From: an uncultured Lachnospiraceae bacterium
GTDB taxonomy: Bacteria; Bacillota; Clostridia; Lachnospirales; Lachnospiraceae
Direction: 5' to 3'
DNA length: 64,000 nt
Assembly: GCA_900320345.1 (NCBI GenBank)
Contig: ONRZ01000009.1
Coordinates: 3,950-67,949, forward strand
Part shown: in pieces, positions 40,488 through 49,269 of the stretch
How positions within the stretch are numbered: position 1 is the first letter of the stretch
How the letters are laid out: each line of letters starts with the position of its first letter
The notes under the pieces: model-generated
Databases searched by the model: none
The model's input: only the letters and a program-made list of their open reading frames with translations
Told to the model about the DNA's origin: nothing
Translations under genes and position numbers: made by a program

Positions 40488-41444
40488 TTAATATGCCATG
40501 AAACCTATAACCGAAAGTAATATCGTTATTATCGTGAACACTGCCACAACCTTCGTTTCCGACCAGCCGCACAGTTCAAAATGGTGATGGATCGGAGCCA
40601 TCTTAAATACTCTCTTTCCACCCGATATCTTAAAGTATCCTATCTGTATCATGACCGAAAGGACTTCCACAAAATATATAAATGCAACGATCAGTATAAA
40701 TATGGGCATCCTCAGCATGTACGCGGCAGCCACCACGAAACCGCCGAGCGCCAGCGACCCCGTATCTCCCATGAACACGCTTGCAGGATGTACATTATAT
40801 AAGAGGAAGGCCAAAAGAGCACCTATCAGCGCAAGCGCTACAGGAGCCACTCCGCTGCCCTCAAGTATCGCTATAAGTCCAAAGAATGCCGCTATCACAG
40901 CGGTCACCGAAGAAGCCAGGCCGTCAAGCCCGTCGGTAAAATTTGAGCCGTTCACGGTACCGAGCACCGCAAGGAAGAGGAGCGGTATCGCCATCCAGCC
41001 TATGTCTACCGTATCCCCCCCGGTAAAAGGTATTATAAGTTCCATGCTGACACCGGCAACTTTTACCATGTAATATGCAAATATCGCGGTTATCACAAAC
41101 TGAAGAGACAGCTTCTCCCAGGCTCTTAGGCCCATTGCCCGTTTAAGAACGACCTTCACATAATCATCGATGAATCCTACAAGGGCAAAACCCACCGTCA
41201 TCATAAGCACGGGGATCACATCAGGGTAATCCCTTACATAGAGCAATGATGTAAGGAGCATACCCGCGATTATCATTATACCTCCCATTGTCGGAGTACC
41301 GTTCTTCTTAAGGTGGCTCTCCGGTCCGTCATCCCTTACGGTCTGTCCGACTTTGAGCTTATGCAGATAGGGGATCACAAAAGGTCCCATAACGGCAGTC
41401 AGGGCAAAGGCTATGATCAGTGCCCACAGAACATTCATATCCAT
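40488..41444 (-). CDS. mraY: Phospho-N-acetylmuramoyl-pentapeptide transferase
   Basis: 318 aa, multi-TM. Motifs: NGTPTMGG, FIDDYVKV, NFTDGLDGLA, APIHHHFE. Confidence 0.95.
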   Translation of the reverse strand: MDMNVLWALIIAFALTAVMGPFVIPYLHKLKVGQTVRDDGPESHLKKNGTPTMGGIMIIAGMLLTSLLYVRDYPDVIPVLMMTVGFALVGFIDDYVKVVLKRAMGLRAWEKLSLQFVITAIFAYYMVKVAGVSMELIIPFTGGDTVDIGWMAIPLLFLAVLGTVNGSNFTDGLDGLASSVTAVIAAFFGLIAILEGSGVAPVALALIGALLAFLLYNVHPASVFMGDTGSLALGGFVVAAAYMLRMPIFILIVAFIYFVEVLSVMIQIGYFKISGGKRVFKMAPIHHHFELCGWSETKVVAVFTIITILLSVIGFMAY

Positions 41445-41601
41445 ATTTCTTCCTCACTTGATCCATACACTGTTCATTGCATGTAATGATGCACCGCTTA
41501 CAGCAAATCGATATGTTGTAATGTCGGTGCATACGCATACAAGATATAGTATATACTATTTTTTATAAATATCAATTAAAATCAACAGGACGCCCTGTTT
41601 T

Positions 41602-44019
41602 TTATTCAAGATCGGATACCGACGGGTCAACCGGCCGGCCCGTATCCGGATCCAAAAGGGCTCCATCGGTAGGATCTATAAGATATCCGGTCTCAGGGTC
41701 TGTCGCAAATTCCCTTTTTCCTTCTTCCGGCTCCTGTTCTGTGATCTCCTGTTCCTCGAAAGTGATCACGGAATCATCCGCACCCTGTGCTCCTTCATTT
41801 CCGGTACCTTCTTCTCCCGTGCTTTCCTCATCTATCTCATTCTCGCTGACCGTTTTATCTGATGAACGCGCAAAAGTAAGCGCCGCTTCGGAAAGTTCCG
41901 CCCTCTCTTCCTCGCTGAGTTCCTCGGTCATGAACACATGCATGTACGGGAGCACCTCTGTAAGGATGTCCCTGGTCAGAAGTGTCGCATACCTCGCAGA
42001 AGCCTGGCTCGGCACATTGGGTTCATCTATTACGGTATAGATAACTATCTGCGGATCGTCCGCAGGGGCAAACCCGATAAATGAAACGACGTAATTTTTC
42101 TTTTCTCTGGGATATTTCTCTGCCGTACCCGTCTTGCCGCCGATCCTGTAGCCCGCCGGTCTTGCCGACTTACCGGTACCTTCCGATACTACATTGTTGC
42201 ACAGTTCCTTGATCTTTGCGGATGTTTCCTCGGATACCGTCTGTTTTAACACCCTCGGCTCAATGGTCTTTACCGTTGCTCCCTCATCGTTTATCACCCT
42301 CGTAACAACATGAGGCTGATAGTAATATCCACCGTTTATAAGCGAACAGAATCCGGCTGCCATCTGGATCATCGTAACATTAAAGCCCTGTCCGAAAGAG
42401 CTTATCGCCAGGTCGGTAGGTACCATCTTGTCAACGTCAAACACAAGTGTATTGGTCATGGCCTCACCGGTAAGATCTATATTGGTCTTAAGTCCGAAAT
42501 TGTACAGTTTATTATACTTCATGAATATCTTTTTGCCGATCTTGGCTCCTATATCCATGAAAGCAACGTTACACGACTGTTCGAGCGCGCCCGAAAACGT
42601 AAGCATGCCGTGTCCGAAACGGTTGTTGCAGTGTATCTGATGATCTCCGACTTCCTTAACGCCGGTACAGTTATATGATTCATTGCCGGTAAGTATGCCC
42701 TCTTCCAGACCGGCTGCCATCGTGAACGGTTTATATGTGGAACCGGGCTCGTACGTAGTGGTTATGCAGAAATTCTTCCACAGTGCATTGAGGGCCTCCA
42801 TCTTGGCATCCTCATAGGCTTCTTCATATGTCTTTGGCCGGTCCTTTTCCTTCTCTTCTTCCGCGTCCTCTCCGTCTCCGTCCGCTCCGTGATCGCCTAC
42901 ACCCGCAGGCGCAGTCGTTGTTTTTCCGGCAGGAGCATCGGTTTCATCACCGTTTTCTTCCGTATCTTCTTTCTCTTCCGTGCTTTCCTCTTCCCCGGAA
43001 GCTTCCTCTTCTCCGTCTTCCGCTTCGCCGGTTTCTTCCTCTCCCACATCCACATTTATGATGCCCTGTGTCGCGTAATCCTCATCGACGACAATGTTCA
43101 TGCCATCGGTGTTTCTCGGATCGTTAAGATCGTATACGGGATAGGATGCCATGGCCATGACCTCACCGGTATGCGGGTTCATGATTATGACACCTGTGTT
43201 TTTGGAGCCGTTTCCTTCCCTGAATTCATTCTCATGTTCCTTGTTGAATGCAAGGATATGCTTCTCAACAATACTCTGGATATTTACGTCTATGCTCGTA
43301 ACAAGCGTTTTGCCGTTATCAGGCTGCTTGATCGTTCTCTCAAGGTTCTCATCATCATTAAGATAACCGTACTCTCTTCCCGGAGTCCCGTTCAGTGTCT
43401 CATTGTAGAATTCTTCAAGGCCGTACGCGCCCTCGTTATCACCCTGCACAAAACCTATCACGTCGCAGGCCAACGACCCGTAAGGATATGTCCTCTGATA
43501 TGTGTTTTCAAGCCAGACGCCCTTAAGGTTGGGATTTCCGGCCTTATCGTTAAGCTTCTCCATCAGCGGGCTTATCAAGTCATATTTCTGTTTTTTTGCG
43601 ATTATCCTGTACTGAGACGTGGGATTCGATATGATGTAGCTCCTTAAGTCTTCCCTTGTATATGAAAATTCTATGTCCGTATCATAAAGTGCATTCAATA
43701 CGGGTTCCAGATACTGTCCGTCATTACTGTTCAAGGTCTTTGCATCTACGACAACATTGTATACCTTCTGACTTACGGCGATCTTGGTCCCGTTGCAGTC
43801 GACTATCTCCCCGCGCTTGGCCGGAAGGACCTTACTGTCGTACTCCTGCTGCGACAATACCTGCTTTTTGTATTCCTCCCCGTTATCCCGGTTGATCGCA
43901 TACAGCCTTACCGTAAGCACGCCAAAAGCTGCCAGTATGATCAAAAACAATACTGTCAGCTTCTTCTGCATTCTTCCCGTAAATCTCTGTGGTTTTGTGT
44001 CGCGCTTTTTCCTTCCCAC
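41602..44019 (-). CDS. Class B penicillin-binding protein (FtsI/PBP2B/SpoVD-like) with an acidic insertion and an acidic tail
   Basis: 805 aa. N-terminal TM and dimerisation domain. Transpeptidase motifs: STYK (SxxK), SCN (SxN), KTGT. No PASTA domain is recognisable. Confidence 0.85.
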   Translation of the reverse strand: MGRKKRDTKPQRFTGRMQKKLTVLFLIILAAFGVLTVRLYAINRDNGEEYKKQVLSQQEYDSKVLPAKRGEIVDCNGTKIAVSQKVYNVVVDAKTLNSNDGQYLEPVLNALYDTDIEFSYTREDLRSYIISNPTSQYRIIAKKQKYDLISPLMEKLNDKAGNPNLKGVWLENTYQRTYPYGSLACDVIGFVQGDNEGAYGLEEFYNETLNGTPGREYGYLNDDENLERTIKQPDNGKTLVTSIDVNIQSIVEKHILAFNKEHENEFREGNGSKNTGVIIMNPHTGEVMAMASYPVYDLNDPRNTDGMNIVVDEDYATQGIINVDVGEEETGEAEDGEEEASGEEESTEEKEDTEENGDETDAPAGKTTTAPAGVGDHGADGDGEDAEEEKEKDRPKTYEEAYEDAKMEALNALWKNFCITTTYEPGSTYKPFTMAAGLEEGILTGNESYNCTGVKEVGDHQIHCNNRFGHGMLTFSGALEQSCNVAFMDIGAKIGKKIFMKYNKLYNFGLKTNIDLTGEAMTNTLVFDVDKMVPTDLAISSFGQGFNVTMIQMAAGFCSLINGGYYYQPHVVTRVINDEGATVKTIEPRVLKQTVSEETSAKIKELCNNVVSEGTGKSARPAGYRIGGKTGTAEKYPREKKNYVVSFIGFAPADDPQIVIYTVIDEPNVPSQASARYATLLTRDILTEVLPYMHVFMTEELSEEERAELSEAALTFARSSDKTVSENEIDEESTGEEGTGNEGAQGADDSVITFEEQEITEQEPEEGKREFATDPETGYLIDPTDGALLDPDTGRPVDPSVSDLE

Positions 44020-44098
44020 AGCGCTGTCTCCTCTAAACTCAAAAACTGCCCGTTCTTTCGGGCAGTATATTGATATTTGTGATATTATCCACTATTTC

Positions 44099-44578
44099 TT
44101 ATTCGATGTCAACAAGTTGTCTTACGTAATCCGTATCTTCGCACTCATATGCAACTATCTGATCTTCGTTAGCATACTGCATACCGAGTTCGTTCATTGC
44201 CCTGTATTTGATCTCCTCCAGATCAACTGCACCTTTTATCCTGTTCTCGGTATCATCATTCTCGGCCTTGAGTTCCGACAGTTGTGTTTCAAGTACCGAT
44301 ATCTCTTTGATCCTGCTCGTCACTTCCGATCTCAGCATCAGATACTGGATACATACGGCCACTGTACAGACCATTGCAAAAGTCAGGAACATCACATACG
44401 GAAGACTCATGTGGCCTGCGCGTTCCCTGTTACGTCTCGTCTGATGGCTGATACGTAATGATGAACCGCCTTCAGCTCCCAGCTCCTTTAATTCTTTTGC
44501 TGCATTTCCGTAAATATATTCACTGTTTACCTTAACTTTTCCTGTCCTCTTTGTTCTGCCGGTAGTTCTGACCGCCAT
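44099..44578 (-). CDS. ftsL: FtsL-like division protein
   Basis: 159 aa. A basic N-terminus, a single TM (LPYVMFLTFAMVCTVAVCIQYL) and a coiled coil. Canonical position between rsmH and the pbp gene. Confidence 0.6.
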   Translation of the reverse strand: MAVRTTGRTKRTGKVKVNSEYIYGNAAKELKELGAEGGSSLRISHQTRRNRERAGHMSLPYVMFLTFAMVCTVAVCIQYLMLRSEVTSRIKEISVLETQLSELKAENDDTENRIKGAVDLEEIKYRAMNELGMQYANEDQIVAYECEDTDYVRQLVDIE

Positions 44579-44588
44579 TCTCCCGTCC

Positions 44589-45521
44589 TCACGCTTTTTC
44601 GAATACTCTTAATTTTGCACTTTTGCTTCTCGGATTCTCATCCATTTCCTTTTCATCCGGAATTATCGGTTTCCTGGTCACAACCTTTCCCCTGCTAACC
44701 TTGCCGCATACACATACCGGAAGCCCCGGCGGGCAGGTACATGGGTTCTCGTTCCGTCTGAAAGCATTTTTGACTATCCTGTCTTCCAATGAGTGGAAGG
44801 TGATGATGCATATCCTGCCTCCCGGATTCAGCAGGTCTATCATCGTATCTAGTGTTCCTTCGAGTACATCAAGCTCCCGGTTGAGTTCAATACGTATAGC
44901 CTGGAAAGTCTGTTTTGCAGGATGTCCCATGGTCTTCTGGATCTTCATGGGAATGGCCGATCTTATCACATCGACCAGTTCATAAGTAGTTTCGATCTTC
45001 TTTACTGCCCTTGCGGCCACAATATGTTTGGCTATGTTCTTCGCAAATCTGTCTTCTCCGTAATCCCTTATAACACGGTAAAGTTCAGCCTCGCTGTAGC
45101 CGTTTATTATGTCCCCTGCCGTAAGGTCGTTTCGCTGATCCATCCGCATATCCAGCGGTGCGTCAGACATATAAGAAAATCCCCTCTGCGGCGTATCCAG
45201 CTGATACGAGGATACACCAAGATCAAGTACGATCCCATCAACGCCTGTGACGTTGTTCCCCATGAGTTCTTCCCTGATGCTGCAATAGTTACTCCTTATT
45301 AATGTAACATTGCCAAATTCCGCTAACTTCTGCCCCGCCGCCCGGATCGCGTCGGCATCCTGATCTATTCCAATAAATCTCCCCTGTGGTGATAAACGCT
45401 TTGCGACCTCGTATGCATGTCCTCCGCCTCCTAACGTGCCGTCCACGTAGGTCCCTTCAGGCTTGACGTGCAGATTATCGATGGTCTCATTCAGCAGAAC
45501 CGGTTTGTGTTCAAACTCCAA
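44589..45521 (-). CDS. rsmH: 16S rRNA (cytosine1402-N4)-methyltransferase
   Basis: 310 aa. [30 protein letters not shown] and [10 protein letters not shown] are typical of MraW/RsmH. Confidence 0.95.
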   Translation of the reverse strand: MEFEHKPVLLNETIDNLHVKPEGTYVDGTLGGGGHAYEVAKRLSPQGRFIGIDQDADAIRAAGQKLAEFGNVTLIRSNYCSIREELMGNNVTGVDGIVLDLGVSSYQLDTPQRGFSYMSDAPLDMRMDQRNDLTAGDIINGYSEAELYRVIRDYGEDRFAKNIAKHIVAARAVKKIETTYELVDVIRSAIPMKIQKTMGHPAKQTFQAIRIELNRELDVLEGTLDTMIDLLNPGGRICIITFHSLEDRIVKNAFRRNENPCTCPPGLPVCVCGKVSRGKVVTRKPIIPDEKEMDENPRSKSAKLRVFEKA

Positions 45522-45545
45522 GGCCCTTCCTCCTTTTCGTTTGGC

Positions 45546-45974
45546 TTAAATGTTAAGTCCCAGATCCGCCAGGCGTTCCGTGATGTCGTCAATGTCGTCG
45601 GCATCTGTTTCGACATCCCATCTGCTCTTATCCCAGACTTCGATCTTGTCGATCGCACCGGCCAAAACAACATCCTTGTCAAGTTCCGCATAATCCCGCA
45701 GAACCGTCGGGATCAGTATCCTCCCCTGTTTGTCCACCTCGACTCTGTTGGCCTGTGAAACAAACTTACGGACTATACTTCTCGTATCCCTGTTATTCGG
45801 CAGAAGCTTAAGCTTTCCCAAAAAGGTTTCCCACGCCTCTTCGGTGTAGATATTGAGACAACCGTCATTTCCGTTTGTTATCACGAAGGCTTCCCCTAAC
45901 TCTTCGCGAAACTTTGCCGGAACTATCAGACGCCCCTTAGCATCGATTGTGTGGTTGTACTCTCCCATGAACAT
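45546..45974 (-). CDS. mraZ: Transcriptional regulator MraZ
   Basis: 142 aa. MFMGEYNHTIDAKGRLIVPAKFRE plus a second SpoVT/AbrB-like repeat (VDKQGRILIP). Confidence 0.95.
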   Translation of the reverse strand: MFMGEYNHTIDAKGRLIVPAKFREELGEAFVITNGNDGCLNIYTEEAWETFLGKLKLLPNNRDTRSIVRKFVSQANRVEVDKQGRILIPTVLRDYAELDKDVVLAGAIDKIEVWDKSRWDVETDADDIDDITERLADLGLNI

Positions 45975-45983
45975 ATCAGGTTA

Positions 45984-46021
45984 CTCTACTTTCTACCACT
46001 TTCTACCACTTTTCACCACTT
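45984..46021 (-). promoter_or_regulatory. MraZ-box array: four direct repeats with 10-nt periodicity
   Basis: Minus strand reads AAGTGGTGAA-AAGTGGTAGA-AAGTGGTAGA-AAGTAGAGTA. It lies 10-47 nt upstream of the mraZ ATG and immediately downstream of the putative -10 element. Confidence 0.6.
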
Positions 46022-46029
46022 ACGAGATA

Positions 46030-46058
46030 ATAATACCCCCCACATCAAAAAAAATCAA
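46030..46058 (-). promoter_or_regulatory. Putative dcw (mraZ) sigma-A promoter
   Basis: Minus strand reads TTGATT, a 17-nt spacer, then TATTAT. Confidence 0.45.
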
Positions 46059-46154
46059 GTATAAGATTCCTTAAAAATGCCGTAAAAATGCCGAATTTTC
46101 GCTGTGTGGTACGAAGTGGGGGATGTGTGTAACACCATATCTTGTATGCGGGCA

Positions 46155-46199
46155 TAAAAAAAGAATGCCGGAAACACTAAATATTGTTTCGGCATTCTT
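46155..46199 (-). terminator. Rho-independent terminator of ychF
   Basis: Minus strand reads AAGAATGCCGAAAC-loop-GTTTCCGGCATTCTT followed by TTTTTTATG. Confidence 0.7.
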
Positions 46200-46220
46200 T
46201 TTGCTGTATTTTTATATATT

Positions 46221-47318
46221 TTAAACATTAAATCTGAAGAGGATCACATCTCCATCCTGAACAACATAATCCTTGCCTTCCATACCGACAAGTCCCTTTT
46301 CCCTGGCGGCCGCAAGGCTTCCCTGCTCCAGCAGATCCTTATAGTTTACGACCTCGGCTTTTATGAAGCCCCTTTCGAAATCGGTATGTATCTTGCCTGC
46401 TGCCTGCGGTGCCTTTGTTCCTATTTTAATAGTCCATGCCCTGCATTCATCTTCTCCGGCAGTAAGGAAACTCATAAGACCCAGCAGCTTGTAACTGGCC
46501 GCTATGAGTTTCTCAAGTCCCGATTCCTTAAGCCCTAAGTCTTCAAGGAACATAGCCTTCTCATCATCGTCAAGTTCGGCTATCTCCTGCTCTATCTGTG
46601 CGCAGATCACAAATACCTCGCTGCCTTCCTTTTGCGCAAACTCACGGACCTTCTGTACATATGCGTTACCTGCTCCGTCGTCGGCAAGATCATCCTCCGC
46701 CACATTTGCCGCATATATAACGGGCTTTGCGGTAAGAAGATTATAGGAAGCAAACCATTCTTCCTCATCCTCATCGGCCAGATCGAAACTTCTTGCTATC
46801 TTACCGTCCTCAAGATGGGCAATGAGCCTTTTTAGCATCTCCACTTCTTTTGCGATCTTCTTATCATTGTTGGCCGCCCTGCCCTGCTTGGCGATACGGC
46901 GCTCAAGCACCTCGATATCGGCAAATATCAGTTCAAGATCTATCGTTTCTATATCCCTCAAAGGATCGATCGAGCCGTCCACATGCACCACATTGGCATC
47001 TTCAAAGCAGCGCACGACATGAACTATCGCATCGACCTCACGTATATTTGCAAGGAACTGGTTGCCTAAACCTTCACCCTTGCTCGCTCCTTTGACAAGT
47101 CCCGCTATATCCACGAACTCTATGACAGCAGGTGTGACCTTCTTCGTATGATACAGCTCGCCGAGTTTCTCTATCCTCTCATCCGGCACCGGTACCACTC
47201 CGACATTCGGATCGATGGTACAGAAAGGATAATTAGCCGATTCCGCCCCTGCTTTTGTCAGTGAATTAAATAATGTGGATTTACCGACATTAGGTAATCC
47301 GACGATTCCTAGTTTCAT
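46221..47318 (-). CDS. ychF: Ribosome-binding ATPase YchF
   Basis: 365 aa. G1 motif [12 protein letters not shown], plus TGS and C-terminal domains ([11 protein letters not shown]). Confidence 0.95.
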   Translation of the reverse strand: MKLGIVGLPNVGKSTLFNSLTKAGAESANYPFCTIDPNVGVVPVPDERIEKLGELYHTKKVTPAVIEFVDIAGLVKGASKGEGLGNQFLANIREVDAIVHVVRCFEDANVVHVDGSIDPLRDIETIDLELIFADIEVLERRIAKQGRAANNDKKIAKEVEMLKRLIAHLEDGKIARSFDLADEDEEEWFASYNLLTAKPVIYAANVAEDDLADDGAGNAYVQKVREFAQKEGSEVFVICAQIEQEIAELDDDEKAMFLEDLGLKESGLEKLIAASYKLLGLMSFLTAGEDECRAWTIKIGTKAPQAAGKIHTDFERGFIKAEVVNYKDLLEQGSLAAAREKGLVGMEGKDYVVQDGDVILFRFNV

Positions 47319-47557
47319 AATATAATAATCTCCTTTAAGCTCTTGTTTTTTGCTTTTTGATTCTCAAGAATGCGGATTGCTTCATCTGTAAGTGGAATTG
47401 TACGATAGCCTGATTTACTCTTAGGTGGGCCAACTCTCCATTCACCTACCTTATAGCGATACTCCATCGTCCTCTCAATCTTCATGGTTCGATTTTTGAA
47501 GTCGATATCACTCCACTTAAGTCCTATAAGCTCCTTTCCTTTGAGATCTTTTCCCAT
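47315..47557 (-). pseudogene. Internal fragment of a tyrosine recombinase (Tn916-like integrase remnant)
   Basis: The 80-aa ORF contains only the start of the catalytic domain (GLKWSDIDFKNRTMKIERT...SKSGYRTIPLTDEAIRIL). The N-terminal DNA-binding and SAM-like domains are missing, as are the downstream H-x-x-R and Tyr regions. The last codons (LKEIIIL) are the ychF 5' UTR and include its AAAGGAGA Shine-Dalgarno. The stop overlaps the ychF ATG (ATGA). Confidence 0.6.
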
Positions 47558-47615
47558 TAAAGGCTCCTTTCTAAGCTAAAGAAGCCCCTAAATCAATTAA
47601 TGTATTATACACTAA

Positions 47616-47834
47616 TCAGGGGCTCTTTACAATGTTGTTACCTACATACAAAACAAAAGGGCATCTCGGCATGCGGAGGAGGCTTTCTGGCTTATTGATG
47701 CCGATATTCGAATACTCAGCAGCTTCTTTTATCGTAAGCGCAACCTTTGATTCAATCGGCACTGTCTGTTTCTTCTCTTCTGCCATCTTCGCCAGTATAG
47801 AGTCCTTGTAATCCTCGATATTAATCATTTCCAT
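47616..47834 (-). pseudogene. Tn916-Xis-like excisionase/HTH gene, probably C-terminally truncated
   Basis: VALTIKEAAEYSNIGINK...CPFVLYVGN resembles Tn916-type Xis and HTH_17 proteins. The ORF then ends abruptly (NNIVKSP*) inside a palindrome. Preferred start is ATG 47834 (MEMINIEDYK), after AAAGGAGGA. Confidence 0.45.
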
Positions 47835-47973
47835 CCGAAGGCTCCTCCTTTCCAAATATTTCTTTTAAAATCTCGTGCTTATGTTTACCGGATGCCACAC
47901 GCTTGCTTTACAGGCTCATATTCTGTAACAACCGTATTTTCATTTGAGGCTGCTACAATATTAAAAAACGGCA

Positions 47974-49050
47974 TTATTTTCCCTCCAATATAATCCATTC
48001 ACCCTTCTTATTTGATCCAATTCGTTTGATAACACCCTTTTCAACCATTGACTGCAAGCAACGCTTAACTGTTGAATCCGAGCATTCTATACGAGCCGCC
48101 ATTTCTTTACGTGTCAAATCAGACTTTTCTCGTAACAACTCAATGATTTGTAGTTCACGATCATCCAATTTTATCGGGTCATTTATTGGGTCATTTATCG
48201 GTTCATCGTGACCCAATAAAAATTTACCATTTACATGCATCTCTCTGTTATGGAGCTCATGCTTTTCATCCAAGAGAAGATTTCTTAAGAACTTTTCTAG
48301 AAACTCAGTGGTCTCATAGACGCCCTTTTTAATGTTGTTATAATTAGCTCTAACCAAGGCATTTCTAAAATACCAAGAGTTTTCTGCAAACAAATCGTTC
48401 TCGACTTCAAATCCTAGCATACGTAGGTATTTGATTAAGAATACCGCCGTCGTTCTTGTATTTCCTTCTTCGAATACATGAATTTGCCATAATCTTGAAA
48501 TAAAGACTGCTAAATGATGAATCACTTCATCCATCGTTAATCCGTTATAACGAAATTCTCTTTCCTGAGAAAAGTCATAATCAAGCGTTTCTCGAAGTTC
48601 TGATGCACCACCATAGGATACGGTATCCCCTTCAAGAACCCATTCTTTTTTTGTAAAATTATAATCTCTTATCTTTCCTGCATGAGAAAAGATTCCCAAG
48701 AACAATGTGCGATGAATAGACAGATACTGTGTCGGTGAAAAAGTAAACGCTTTCTCTGATAGGATTTTTGCAATTCTTGCAGACACCTTATCCGCTTCTT
48801 CTGTGCGTGCTTCCACCTCAGAGCGACCATCTTTGCTCTCATAGTAACTATTGATTAAATCTCCTGCCTCATCTACGGAGATTTCACCATCAATATTCTT
48901 CTTTGCTGTCTCATACAGATATTCAGACGGCTTCAATCCGTCCACATCCTGCAATCCAATCGCAGTCTGCCAAGCCCGTCCCAGTTCCTTTCGGGTAGGT
49001 GGAAGACTCTTTATGTATTCCTCAAAGGGGTCTTTCTTTATATCTTTCAT
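47974..49050 (-). CDS. Fic-domain protein with a C-terminal winged-helix domain
   Basis: 358 aa. The Fic core motif is present but degenerate: HVFEEGNTRTTA versus canonical HxFx(D/E)GN(G/K)RxxR. C-terminal wHTH: ELQIIELLREKSDLTRKEMAARIECSDSTVKRCLQSMVEKGVIKRIG. Confidence 0.85.
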   Translation of the reverse strand: MKDIKKDPFEEYIKSLPPTRKELGRAWQTAIGLQDVDGLKPSEYLYETAKKNIDGEISVDEAGDLINSYYESKDGRSEVEARTEEADKVSARIAKILSEKAFTFSPTQYLSIHRTLFLGIFSHAGKIRDYNFTKKEWVLEGDTVSYGGASELRETLDYDFSQEREFRYNGLTMDEVIHHLAVFISRLWQIHVFEEGNTRTTAVFLIKYLRMLGFEVENDLFAENSWYFRNALVRANYNNIKKGVYETTEFLEKFLRNLLLDEKHELHNREMHVNGKFLLGHDEPINDPINDPIKLDDRELQIIELLREKSDLTRKEMAARIECSDSTVKRCLQSMVEKGVIKRIGSNKKGEWIILEGK

Positions 49051-49098
49051 ATTAACCCTCCTCGTTTGTCCAGCCTATAGTAATTCCTCCAAGTATAA

Positions 49099-49269
49099 TT
49101 AATTCTTCTTTGCTTTACGTGGATCTTCCGGTTTTTTCGCATTGTCCGGTATAAGCCAAATCCCCTTATTAATAGCACCTTCAATACGACCTTCTTTGCA
49201 TAGAATCTGTACTCTACGCGCGGTTATTCCCCAAATCTTTGCAATTTCTGAAGTTGTTAAATATTCCAT
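49099..49269 (-). CDS. Small HTH DNA-binding protein (56 aa), below the ORF-track cutoff
   Basis: My translation: MEYLTTSEIAKIWGITARRVQILCKEGRIEGAINKGIWLIPDNAKKPEDPRKAKKN. Strong SD (AAGAGGAGAAATCT-ATG). It lies 48 nt upstream of the Fic gene. Confidence 0.6.
   Translation of the reverse strand: MEYLTTSEIAKIWGITARRVQILCKEGRIEGAINKGIWLIPDNAKKPEDPRKAKKN

Noticed and set aside
47856-47973. Non-coding gap between the Fic gene and the excisionase-like ORF. It has a short frame reading ...AASNENTVVTEYEPVKQACGIR*.
   Set aside because: It has no start codon, no SD and no recognisable family. It is probably another fragment of the decayed element, but that is unsupported.
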